The notes under the pieces: model-generated | Databases searched by the model: none | The model's input: the letters and a program-made list of their open reading frames with translations, nothing else | Told to the model about the DNA's origin: nothing | Program-made: the position numbers and the translations under genes | Part shown: positions 25,380 through 37,920 of the stretch, one piece after another | How positions within the stretch are numbered: position 1 is the stretch's first letter | How the letters are laid out: every line of letters begins with the position of its first letter | NCBI RefSeq assembly: GCF_001194135.2 | Contig: NC_068993.1 | Location: 42,530,287-42,594,286 of the forward strand | Direction: 5' to 3' | DNA length: 64,000 nt | DNA from: Octopus bimaculoides | Taxonomy: Eukaryota

Positions 25380-27751
25380 CATACATTGTTACTATTCAAA
25401 TACATTGTTACTATTCAAAATTATACTGAATTCATTAACAAATACAGCGAGATAATTCAAATATTTTTTTGCAGTTAATAAACTATATATTTATAGCTTA
25501 CAATATAATATATTAAGTGATTCCTGGACATTGTTTTCGCTAAGATAAATTAGATCTTTATATTTTTATCGAAAGGGAAATGTACTGAATGAGAACCTGA
25601 AAATCTGCCGTCGTGTTGGTTAGATTTGTATTAGGTTTCCAAGTGAGATACCCTGTGTTTGTCATATGTTAAAAATATAGCATGTTGGGAATTAAGATAC
25701 CGAATATATATAAGTTATTTCGGCACTACAGACGCCATGATTTATGCCCATTGAGAAATTATTCAGACTTTAAAAAAATCTGTCTTAAATTCTATTAACT
25801 TTTGAACTTGAACAATAATAAAGAAGTTACTAAATAAAATCATTTTTGTTATAAGAAAAAAGAAATTGGCGTTATTCATTCCAATGAAAATAATTTTCTC
25901 AAATGCAACATCTGTTGGTTTACACCAAATTGAAAACAGATAGACTAGTGACGAAGGAAACAAAACTGCAAAAATATTTGATTTGAAAAAAAATATAAAA
26001 CGTTATATTTTTATATTGTTGTTACAATATTTTTGTTATTAAAATGTTATTTATTCTTTCTGTCAATATTAACATCTTTATAATAAAGAAGCGGTGAAGA
26101 GAAAATCTTCTGAGAATTGAATATGATAGACATCCTATCACCAAAGTCACCTTTGTTCTAATAAATTATTATTCTAAGAAATATTATGCCAATTATTGAA
26201 GCTGTCGCATAGAATGGCACTAATAGTAACTCTGATTATTTGTATCTTCATAAAAGCCACATCATTATCATTTGTGATGGGTTCGTTTATTTACGTGAAA
26301 TTCCTCCATTTACTGCTTGATTCTATCCCTGACAGACGTTTCTCCTAATCTATGATCAGATGTTGCGATAAGTTAATAAAATGAGCACTAATTATAATTG
26401 GTAAATCTTATCGATTGCAATATCTCCCAAGAGTGAGTACGAGAGAATTGCGTATTTCATTGATGCTAAGATTATCTTCGTATGTTACTCAAAGTTCATT
26501 TTCGATAGATACAAATTATATTCCACTGTTGTTACACTATCTGAAGCTAGAAAACTCATGCATTCTGATTAGTTTCATGTCTGTATTCACTGGTGACTCT
26601 TTTCTTGACAAGAATAATCGTGCAATGTATCCTTAATCAAACTAAACTTGAAACTTTCCAAGGTATTTACATTTCAAATACATTAAAACATGATATATAT
26701 GTTTCATTTGTAACACAGAAAATGTACAACATTTATGCATTTCTGTATAGATTTTATTTATTTTGAGCAATTACTAATGAAATGAATAGCGGCACCATTT
26801 ATGCTGCTTTCTTTGAAACTAGTATAAAAGTTAGAACAAAGTATCTTTGATTTCGTAAAAAGTAATAAACCTTAAAATAAGTTCATTTAATACTCTTAGA
26901 TTTCCAAAGAATATGAACTGCATTTAAATTCGATTATATGTTTATAAATATTTATTAACAGACTGGGTCATCATTAATCAATATATGTTAATACACAACA
27001 ATCAATTTAAATCAGACTTTTAAGCTACGATGTTTAAACACACCAAGCCACTGTTTCCACCTCCGTATGTATTCTACTTTGTCACTGACACTAAAATTCA
27101 AGAGTTACACTGTTGATCTAATGAATCAGGAACCCAACCCATGACTCTATTGTCTCCTTTTCTTTAACGGCATGTCACTTTAGAAAACTCGTCACTCCTC
27201 ACTTCTCAAGTGCTGCGGATTATAATTATCATTTGGTAATTATGATACATCTTCTAGAGGTTGCCATAATTTTAATAAAAAACAGGTATTATGTCTTACA
27301 TTATTTGATTCACCTTTATTTGTTTTTGTTGTTCAAATACATGCCATTGGCTACTATGAGTTATTTCCCTTAGCTCATTTTTGCTTATAATCGTGTGACC
27401 TTGTTGGCGCTTATTTCCATATTGCATGACTGATAATACAGTGCCTTTGTTTCCTTTTACTTCGCAGTTGTTCTAGCTTACCCATCTGCATATATCATTG
27501 AATGTGTTTAAAGACAAAGGTATAAAAGAAACGGTATGTGCAAAACGCCAGTAATAAGAGCAGAGGTATAGTAGCTCTCTCGCACCGACCGAGTCTATTT
27601 TTGTCTGGTTCAATCACTTTCTACAAGTGTACAGAAATAAACCGGTCAATGGAAAGAGTGAAATATCTTCATATTGTCACATTGCATATCATCTGATTCA
27701 TTATTTCATGCTGGTGCATGCAATATTTTTCAGCGAGATGGTGGCATCGTA

Positions 27752-27812
27752 TAACTCAGATGGCTGATGCAGGACTACACACAACAGATGGCAGATGCAG
27801 GGCTACACACAA
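27752..27812. repeat. 28 bp tandem duplication (cagatggc[t/a]gatgcagg[a/g]ctacacacaa) x2
   Basis: Directly visible; the two units differ at 2 positions. Confidence 0.9.
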
Positions 27813-30185
27813 CAGCAATATTAAAGACGACCAGCACAAAAATAATGAAACATAACACACATAAAATACCAAACATCAGCCAGAAACTGAATATATTACA
27901 ATATATTAATGACTACATTACAGTATGTGCCGAAAAATCATTTTATTATCTTCATATAAATCATCGGAATTTCATGAATATAAGAATTAAGATTAAAATA
28001 ATACAGAAATGCATAATTAGTGAATTGCACCTCGGAAATATTAAATAAATTCATAGGATAAGTTCAAATATGTAATATATTTATTCATGTATACTGAATG
28101 ACCTATATGTTAAAACAACATTTGAACTCAAATAGAGCTTGGCGACTCATTAGACAAAAAAGAAACAAGCAACATAAATCATATGAATATATTAAATATA
28201 TACATACCACTACCAACTTTACCAACAGTCCTATCAGGTTACACACGAAAACTACAACATACAACATTGTTATGAAAATAAAGCAATTAAACATACAAAG
28301 AAATTTTAAAGCATGAAGAGAAGCGTGTTATTCAACTCAAACCATATTTACAATGATAGAAAAAGAAAATACAGTTAGCGATACATATTAAATTTGTCGA
28401 TCAATTTACCGCTATTTTAAAATTGAAATATTTAACGTACAACCACGGTATTACACACAGCCTCATGAAGAGTTTTCCTAGATATATTTGCATAAAATTT
28501 CAACCGATATTAGGAAACTGTCTCCAACCAAATGTGTTAAAGTTAGCACTCATCGCGTCAATAAATTCGACGTTTCATTTCGTAGCAGTATCACCAAAAA
28601 AACAAAAGGGATCAACAATAGCGAACATTATTCTTAAATGGCAAAAGTTAAGAGAAACATTTCAACTGAGTCCATTTTTTTCCAGCCTCCGCCGTAGACA
28701 ACATCAGGAAAACACCAGAACAAAGAGCATAATGAAACAAACCAAAGAATATGAGACATATTTTGTTCCACAACTTATCTCTTATACAATTACTTCATCA
28801 ACCTCTCACCACGAATGATAGCGGAAGCCTCTGCAGAGTTACTTGATCTGCTTTAAATAATAACTAAATTTTGTCCATACTGCACCTCACCATCTTTAGA
28901 TGAGAAGGGTAATTTTGAATTCATAGATACGGTGTATTTCGGAGAAAGAGAGCATATCTAAGGCTTCTAGTCTACTTGATTAAATGACTACTTCATCAGG
29001 GTTGACCCAGGCATCAGCAGATTTACGCATGTATTTCAGTTATCCTTGAAGACCATTACTGTTGTACATAGTTTGTGCGTAGAGATATAGCATACTTGGA
29101 GTGGTATATCTACATGTATCTAACATACTATAGGACTGCTCCGTTAGGGTCGATTTGGATTATACAAGAACAACGAGAAACTGAAAATCTTCAGACAAAA
29201 TATAGCAAAAGTATTGAAATAGATGAACAAGGAAATATGAAATTTTGAGTGAGATTTGTAAACGAATTCAACAAGGTAATTGTTATATAAAGAAACAAAA
29301 ATGAAGGCAAGTTTAAGACCATGACTGTCCGAATAGTAAATGAGAGAGAAAAGAAATAAGATAAAATGAAGAGACACTTATTCAATGAATGCCACGAAGA
29401 CATTGAATAGATGTGCGCCACGACATATTCCTGCGACATATGGGCTCATTGATGGAGCAAATTAATGAGAAACGTTGGCTTACTCTATAGAAGGAAAATT
29501 CTAATTGAATATTAGGTGCATTGTGCACAGTTCTAATTTGATTATATTTCTACAAGGAGTCTTTTTTAACATCTCGGAAATACATCACAAAGATTCTATT
29601 ATAGTATGAAGCTAAGAGAATGCCAGAGGAAAAAAAATAATACTGCCATCTTTTATTTCTTAATATTGGCCTCAGAATCGGCTAACCATTTTCAAGACTG
29701 AAATTGCGCAAGATAAAATGGTATGGATAAAATTGTAAACTGCGACATTTCAACCTTTATGTTCATGTGGGAAATTTACGCAGTGTAGTCAGTATCACTA
29801 TATTTGGAAAATATATTCGTTTATATTCCGGATGAACGTTACACTTCTCTAAGTGATTATCGTCCCAACAATCTTACAAGTTATTCATTCTCCAAAACGT
29901 AGGCAATATCACAATACCTAAAAATAAAATATCATTAATGCATTTCAATATTCGCGAAAATCATACAGGGGGTAAACTAAGAGATTCAGCTCTTGTCGCC
30001 TACTCAAATCTTTAGTATGTTAAATATGTTCCCACTGATTTCCGTTTGAACCATGGGATCTCGTTCTTTTTAATCCGAATAGAGTTGTATAGTCCAAGGG
30101 GTATTTGTTTCCATATTTTACGATCACTGAAACAAATTCGATTTTTTTCTTTTTTACTATCGTGATTGTCTCTTTGTTTCATTGA

Positions 30186-30219
<34 letters not shown>

Positions 30220-30221
<2 letters not shown>

Positions 30222-30432
30222 TCTTTTATTCTCTTTTACTTGTTTCAGTCTTTTGACTGTGGCCATGCTGGAGCACCGCATTTAGTCGAGCAAATCGACC
30301 CCAGGACTTATTCTTTAGAAGCCTAGTACTTATTCTATCGGTCTTTTTTGCCGAACCGCTAAGTTACGGGGACATAAACACACCAGCATCGGTTGTCAAG
30401 CGATGTTGGGGGGGACAAACACAGACACACAA

Positions 30433-30467
<35 letters not shown>

Positions 30468-30633
30468 CATATATACGACGGGCTTCTTTCAGTTTCCGTC
30501 TACCAAATCCACTCACAAGGCTTTGGTCGGCCCGAGGCTATAGTAGAAGACACTTGCCCAAGATGCCACGCAGTGGGACTGAACCCGGGACCATGTGGTT
30601 GGTAAGCAAGCTACTTACCACACAGCCACTCCT
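30220..30633 (-). mobile_element. SINE family A, full length (tRNA-like head, CORE-like gtggcaccttgggcaag segment, internal microsatellite, (ttttactc) tail)
   Basis: A box tggctgtgtgg and B box ggttcagtccc on the minus strand; high similarity to the copies at 36.2, 37.0, 37.3 and 53.2 kb. Confidence 0.93.
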
Positions 30634-31067
30634 ATACATTATACATTATATTATATTATATTATATTATATTAAGGAATTACTACACATAAATGCCTCAC
30701 GCTATGAAGGACTCTTAAAGTCAAAACTACCATAAAAAATAAACATAAATATGAAGTCTGTTTTACGATCTTTGTAGTCAAGTTACAAATACTGTCTTCC
30801 CTATTACGTTATGACTGAGTGTAGACTATATTTTAACCAGCTGAAACTAAATGTGGGTGTCCAACGGATGGGAAAATGAGAATGAAAGCGAATCATAATT
30901 GAACGTCTCTTGTTGCAATAAACAAACACAACGACAGGAGTGTGAAAGATATTGCTCTTGGCGATACTTAACCTGGTTCATCGGTCCTTTTAAAAAAAAC
31001 AGAAATATTTTGTAATTTTAACTGTTAATGTTAAAAGACTCCGTAAATCATACATACATACATGCGC

Positions 31068-31132
<65 letters not shown>

Positions 31133-31552
31133 TGTGTGCTGTTTGTGATATGTTTCCTTCTCCGATTTGTTTTCTAACGAAGGGTTATGGTCAAAACATC
31201 AAAAACTCTCTCTTTACGACTCTTACCGTGCGTCTAATATGCATGTCCGCTTGTTATTTTGTTATTGTTATTGTTTATGTCCGATTATTCTATTTAACTT
31301 ACTATATGCACATATATACTAGGATATAAGGATAAAATCACGTTAATGATTTTCATCAGGTAGTCAGCATGCAATAACAATGTATACGTAATTTATACAT
31401 TACATTAATAATCATATATANNNNNNNNNNNNNNNNNNNNNNNNNNNNNNNNNNNNNNNNNNNNNNNNNNNNNNNNNNNNNNNNNNNNNNNNNNNNNNNN
31501 NNNNNNNNNNNNNNNNNNNNNNNNNNNNNNNNNNNNNNNNNNNNNNNNNNNN

Positions 31553-31595
<43 letters not shown>

Positions 31596-32885
31596 CACGC
31601 TAGACCCACAATTAACACTGGTCAAATGTAGTTGGTACACTTTAGGGAATCTTTTGTTATCTCACCCTATACGGGACTAAAATTATGGATCAATTCATTA
31701 GAAGACGCAACCTATTTCTCTTTCACTTTTTCTATACAGGTCGAGCCAAAAGAAAGTTTGATTTATATTTGTCATCAAATTTTCACAGTAGTTTGTCACC
31801 TCTACACTTATTATATAGCAACAGAATTCAAAAAAGTAAGAGATTTTAATAAATTACTACGATTAATTAAGAATAGAACATTTACCACACGCATCAACCC
31901 CTGGATCGTAGAGAAGCTTTCTTGTATTTATATTTATTATTTCATTAAGATAGCAATCTGTGTCTATGGTACGGCAGCTTGTATACTACCTCCCCTCAAA
32001 ATCTCCCGACGTTGAAGTTTCTTTGCTTCTCTTAACCCATAATGTCTCATGCTCCTGTCCAGTACTAATAATTCAGCCTAATCACTGTTTCTTTGAATAG
32101 CAAGTTTTCTTAAAATGTCACCTATTCTGCAAGTGGACAAGCAATTCATCGTTTTCGAAGATGTTTCTTAAAGATATGAAAACCACCCCTTCTTTCTGAC
32201 CAACTATAAAAGAAAATTGTCTTTTTTTTTTAAATTAATTTTAAATATAGTGTACTAATATGTCACATTGTGGCAACGGTGTTTATATTATCCGTCATCA
32301 TTCTCTAATTATCAGACAACTGTCGGGTATGGCTACGTGGATTAGGAGTTCACTTTTAAACTTCACCTTTGTAATATCCCTAGGAGTCTACTGTCCAATT
32401 TCAGCTTTGCACTATTCCTTAATTAACAATAAAAGAGTAAGGTCCACAATGCAAGTTATACTCTAATACGGTTCCACCCTGAATGTTCAGCTATAATACT
32501 TATATGTTTATATTGTTGAATGAGAATTTTACATTGTTATTGTTGATTAATCCAGATAATTCTTGAGTTCACCTGTAATCAGCTGTATTCTAGCTGTGTT
32601 CTGAAACTCCCAAGTCAAATTGTACCCTTCCTGTTTTTAAAACAGTTGTATCTTTTTCAGGGAATTTGCTTGCAATTGCCTAATGGCACCCTTTCTTTCA
32701 TGTGAATAAAGTAGCAAAAACGAAATAAAATAAATTGCATTTAAACGCCAGAAGATATTTCAAATAAGATTTTAAAATAATTTCACCATACAAATATTTT
32801 TGCATCAGGTTACTACATCGCCAAGTCACTGGTAGTCCTGAGGTTACAGTATTACATGTTTAAAAATATCAAAAGTGTAATATAG

Positions 32886-33296
32886 GGTTCAAATTTTGGC
32901 ACAAGGCCAGCAATTTCAGGGAGGGATTAAGTGGATTACATCGACTCCAGTGTTCGACTGGTACTTATTTTATTAAAAGATGAAATGCGAAGACAAACTT
33001 GAAATGAGAACGTAAAGAGCCGGAAGAAATTTTGCTATGTATTTTGTCCGAATCTGCTTGCTTGCTACCTTAACTAACAGTGTAATAATCTTTTCTACTA
33101 AAGGCACAAAACCTTTAATTTTGGGGGAGGGGACTAGTTGAACACATTGAGTCCAATGTTTCACTGGTACTTAATTTATCGTCCCCGAAATTATGAAAGG
33201 CAAATTCGACTTCGGCAGAATTTGACCTCAGAACATAAAGGCAGACGGAATACCGCTACGCATTTTGCCCGGTGTGCCAACGAATCGGGTCGCTTC
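32886..33296 (-). mobile_element. Two head-to-tail SINE family B copies (32886-33070, 33084-33296)
   Basis: Reverse complement of the gtcgac...gcctttcatcc...gataaattaagtaccag core seen at 52318-52535. Confidence 0.8.
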
Positions 33297-34445
33297 TATA
33301 ATCAACTATATAATAACGAAAATAATCAGAAAACACTTGTAAATATTATATTCGCCTCCTTTATGGTAGGCAAAGTCGGGGATATTAGAGTAGAAAAAGC
33401 ACTCAGATATATTCAGATATTTTTTGACTGCCACTTCTGATATATTTCAATGCAGAATCAGAAAATGGCAAATTTATGAAAGAGTAATTAAAACATACAA
33501 ATATTCATGAGTAAGTAGAAAGGTAACTAAAGTACAGGAAATAAATACATATTAGAAGCTAGAAGAGAAACATTTGCGGAGATAAAAATGTTTCGCATAA
33601 CCTACGAGCAAAAAAAAAAAAAAAATCACACTAAGTTGAAGAAGTTTTCTGGCAAATCTACATGAAACCCAAGATATATTTCAAAATGCCGTCGGAGCAG
33701 ACAGGTGAAAGAGAGGGAGAGAGAAAAAAAACGGAAATATGACCGTTTCAGCAAAATGTGACATTTCGCATCTGTTATACGAAGCTCGTATTAAATGCAT
33801 AAAATATTTCCTAAGCCGACACATTGAAGAATCAGTAAGAAGCTTTTGCATGATGTATGTTATTTGGAGAAAGAACCTTGTATGTACACAAGATCATCAC
33901 ATATTCACCTTTAGGCCGAAAGAATATAAATGGAATATTAAATTCATGCTAAAGTTACTTGGCATTGTTTACTGAAGCAAAGAACGGAATCATGTACTTA
34001 TTATGGTATTAGCTATATTTCAAATCGTACGAAGAATATACGAAGGAAAATTTACGTATGTTAAACAAAATCCGCAAATGCTAAGGCGACAACTTGTTAC
34101 ATAATAGCAAGTGAATAATTTGGGAAATATAAATGGAAAACAAGGAAGCTGATCAAGAATTAAAGCACTGCTTTAATTCCCATCTTATTTCTAGGAATGT
34201 TAGCACTTTCAAGTGTTTTCAAATTTACAGCTTTTTAAATAATTTGAAGACTTTTTCGTTACATTTCACCCAAATATCTGAGTTACTATGGTTAATAGCT
34301 GTCTGTTAAAATAAATGCAATGTATTTTTGATACAACCCATTATTTAAATATGAGCACCATAATATCTATCTACATATTCACACAATTCTTGTATCTTTG
34401 TTTATGTATGCTGTATGTTTGCATACATATATATGAACATACAGG

Positions 34446-34481
<36 letters not shown>

Positions 34482-34506
34482 NNNNNNNNNNNNNNNNNNN
34501 NNNNNN

Positions 34507-34543
<37 letters not shown>

Positions 34544-35459
34544 ACGTGTGTGTGCATGTGTGTGTATATTTGTATTTATATTTATAGATATGTGTATATG
34601 TGTCTATATGTAAGTATGTATTATACGTTCTTGTTTGCGTATTATTTGTGAATTATTTTCGATTAAAAACGAAACACACCGGTCTATAAAGTTATTTGGA
34701 CGATGAGGCTTTCATGCATTTTCCCTTATGTAAGAAATGTAAGGAATGTAAAGTGCCCTTGGCAGGAAATCAAAATCGGGTTTCCCACAACACTCACCGA
34801 AAATTTACCTGTTCATTCATATGCTTGTTCTATTTATAAGATTTTCCGTTGACTGGGCTCATTGCCAACTTCTCTGAAGAAAGGATATTATCGACAGCAG
34901 AATCCATCCAGTGTATTATTACCACATATCTTAGCAACTTCACAGAGATGAAAGGCAAAGTGGACAAGTCTTGTAGAATACTTATTCCGGATCTGAATCT
35001 TCTGTGCCACAAATACAGACGACGCAAAATGAAGATTAATCAAAAGTATATATACGTTATAAGTCAACACATTCCATCTTTAAGTAAACACGAAAAAACA
35101 ATAAAAGACAATTATCTTTGGAATATAAATTTGCAAGGAAATACAATTTGTTAGTTATAGTTGTTGTTGTTGTTGTTGTTGTTTTATATTTTTCAGTAAA
35201 GCAAACAGAACCGAAATCAATTGGCAAACAATAAACAGATGATATATTGTTACAAACATCTATGCTTTCTGCCAGGAAATAGTGAAAATTACTAGCTTCT
35301 GTCGTCAGGATATGATATTATAGTGTACATATGATAATAACATTTAAACAGTGCAATCAAAAATTACTATGAATATAGCTTAAGAAACACAAGTTTTCAA
35401 ATGAACAATGCTGAAAGCACTCAAAAGTATATAGACCCATTTGACTTTATGATACATAA

Positions 35460-35562
35460 AAGTGTGTGTGTGTGTGTGTATGTGTGTGTGTGTATACGTG
35501 TATGAGAATGTATATATTCATACATATATACATATATATACTTATATATATATACATACATA

Positions 35563-35623
<61 letters not shown>

Positions 35624-35835
35624 GTATGTGTATATATATATATATGTATATATATATGCAATGCATATGTACATCCTCACACACGTATATGCAAACATAT
35701 TTTTATATATGCATATGAATATATACATATACGCACACATATATATTGATATTTATGTACATTTATACATAGACACGCGTGTATAAGTATGTGTATATGT
35801 ATACGTCCATACGCACATATGTACGCGCGTGCGTT
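35460..35835. repeat. Compound (TG)/(TA)/(CATA) microsatellite
   Basis: Directly visible. Confidence 0.95.
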
Positions 35836-36180
35836 TCATGTTTTAGAGAAAGGGAAGAATTCAAAGTAACCTACTTACTATTCCGATTAATTTGTTTGTC
35901 AACAAAATACACCAGGAAATATGAACTATATCAAAGAGAATATGAACTGATTCCTCTGTAAGCATATATATTTATTCTTACCCTGAAACATGTTTAATGA
36001 TATAAGGATCTCAACTACAACAGAGTTTTGATCAATTTAGTTCTAGGGGCATCAAATAAAAAACAAACCAAATTGAATTTAGTCAGCTTCTCACCTTCAG
36101 GGTGTACCATGAGCATATTCTTATTTAACCTCTCAAATGTTCCGCCATTTGCACGAAATCTGCATTTTTATATTATGCAA

Positions 36181-36556
36181 ATGGCTATGTGGTAAGTAGC
36201 TTGCATACGAACCACATGGTTACGGGTTCAGTCCCTCTGTGTGGCACCTTGGCCAAGTGTCTTCTACCACAGCCTCGGGCCGATCAAAGCCTTGTGAGTG
36301 GATTTGGTCGACGGAAACTGAAAGAAGTCCGTGTGTGTGTGTGTATGTTTGTGCGTCTGTGCTTGTCCGCCCAACATCGCTTGACAACCGATGTTGGTGT
36401 GTTTACGTCCCTGTAACTTAGCGGTTCGGCAAAAGAGCCCGATAGAATAAGTACTAGGCTTACAAAGAATAAGTCCTGGGGTCGATTTGCTCGACTAAAG
36501 GCTGTGCACCAGCATGGCCACAGTCAAATGACTGAAACAAGTAAAAGAGTAAAAAG
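36181..36556 (+). mobile_element. SINE family A, full length
   Basis: ggctatgtggtaagtagc...ggttcagtcc...gtggcaccttggccaag...(GT)n...cagcatggccacagtc...gtaaaagagtaaaag. Confidence 0.93.
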
Positions 36557-36858
36557 AAAAAAAAAATTCTTTTATTTGATGGATGATACTGATATGATAT
36601 TAGAGTTATACATCTTCCTTAGTAGAATTGCCATATAAAATATATTACGTTGAAGTAGACGACAGCTAAAACCTGAAACCATAGGAGACCGATCTATTTT
36701 ATAATCGTCATTGGTGTATTCTCGGATAAAACAACTGCTCAGTGTGAAGTAGGTATTTGTAAAAGCTTTTCAAATATCTATTTTGGTGTTGGTATCCGCA
36801 AAAATAAACAATCGGTGACATCCTCCTACAAAATTATCATTGATTATTTCAAGATAAA

Positions 36859-37046
36859 TTCTTTTAGTCTTTTACTTGTATATACGACGGGCTTCTTTCA
36901 GTTTCCTTCTACCAAATCAGCTCACAAGGCTTTGGTCGGCCTGAGGCTATAGTAGAAGACACTTGCCCAATGTGCCACGCAGTGGGACTGAACCCGGAAC
37001 CATGTAGTTGGTAAGCAAGCTACTTACCACACAGCCACTTCTGCAC
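36859..37046 (-). mobile_element. SINE family A, internally deleted (tail fused to the 5' half)
   Basis: The tail remnant tcttttagtcttttacttgt joins directly to atatacgacggg, followed by an intact head. Confidence 0.85.
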
Positions 37047-37307
37047 CTTCTTTAAATTAGTTAAAAAATTATTAAAATAATCTATACAAAAAATTCACAA
37101 TGTTCCTACACTCTAGGTCTTTATAAATATTGATTTACTGTCTATTAAACATATATTTTATTCATGAAGCATTATGTATTAAACATATTGATAGTTTACT
37201 CATGCAATAATATATAGACATGTAACTCCAGAAGTATGTATTAAACACGTAGTCTAGTCATGCGATATGTAATAAGCATAGAGAGAGTCTACTCTTGAAA
37301 CATGCTT

Positions 37308-37690
37308 TTATTCTTTTACATGTTTCAGTGATTTGACTGTGGTCATGCTGGAGCAGTGCCTTAAAGGATTTTAGTCGTAGAAAACGACACCAGAACTTAT
37401 TCGTTGTAAGCCTGGTACTTATTCTATCTTAACCGCTAAGTTACGAGGACAAACACAGACATCCTCCTACAAAATTATCATTGATTATTTCAAGATAAAT
37501 TCTTTTAGTCTTTTACTTGTATATACGACGGGCTTCTTTCAGTTTCCGTCTACCAAATCTACTCACAATGTTCTGGTCGGCTCGAGACTATAGTAGAAGA
37601 CACTTCCACAAGGTGCCAAGCAGTGGAACTGAACCCGAAACCATGTGCTTAGGAGGCAATATTCTTAGTACAGCGCCATGCCTGCGCCTA
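37308..37690 (-). mobile_element. SINE family A copy whose central microsatellite is replaced by sequence identical to 36817-36906
   Basis: Tail and head similar to the other A copies; exact 90 bp match at 37458-37547. Confidence 0.85.
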
Positions 37691-37708
37691 TATGTATTTA
37701 AAAAATAA

Positions 37709-37920
37709 GGCGGCGTGCTGGCAGAATTGTTAGCACACCGGACAAAATGCTTACCAGTATTTTGTCCGTCTTTAGATTCTGAGTTCAAATTTCGCCCATT
37801 TTGAACTTGCTTTTCATCTTTTCGGAGTTGATCAAATAAGTACCAGTTGAGTACTAGTGTCAATGTGATGGAGTTATCCATCCCCTCAGAATTACTGGTC
37901 TTGTGCCAAAATTTAAAACT
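37709..37920 (+). mobile_element. SINE family B, head-to-head with the preceding A copy
   Basis: ggcggcgtgctggcagaattgttagcac...gagttcaaatt...aataagtaccag...ttgtgccaaaattt. Confidence 0.85.

Noticed and set aside
27745-27820. Reflectin-like RWQMQGY
   Set aside because: No MDM/PER motif, and the repeat period of 28 nt breaks the frame.
28960-29010. Other CTGATGA hits (minus strand ~28995 and ~31356, plus strand ~63170) followed by hairpins
   Set aside because: No correctly placed GAAA or stem III/NUH, so they are not hammerheads.
28800-29130. Minus-strand frame LYLYAQTMYNSNGLQG*LKYMRKSADAWVNPDEVVI*SSRLEALDML... as a processed pseudogene
   Set aside because: Contains stops and matches nothing I recognise; cannot be distinguished from chance without BLASTx.
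36181-36240. tRNA genes at SINE heads
   Set aside because: A and B boxes are present, but they continue into SINE body and tail and no cloverleaf is evident.
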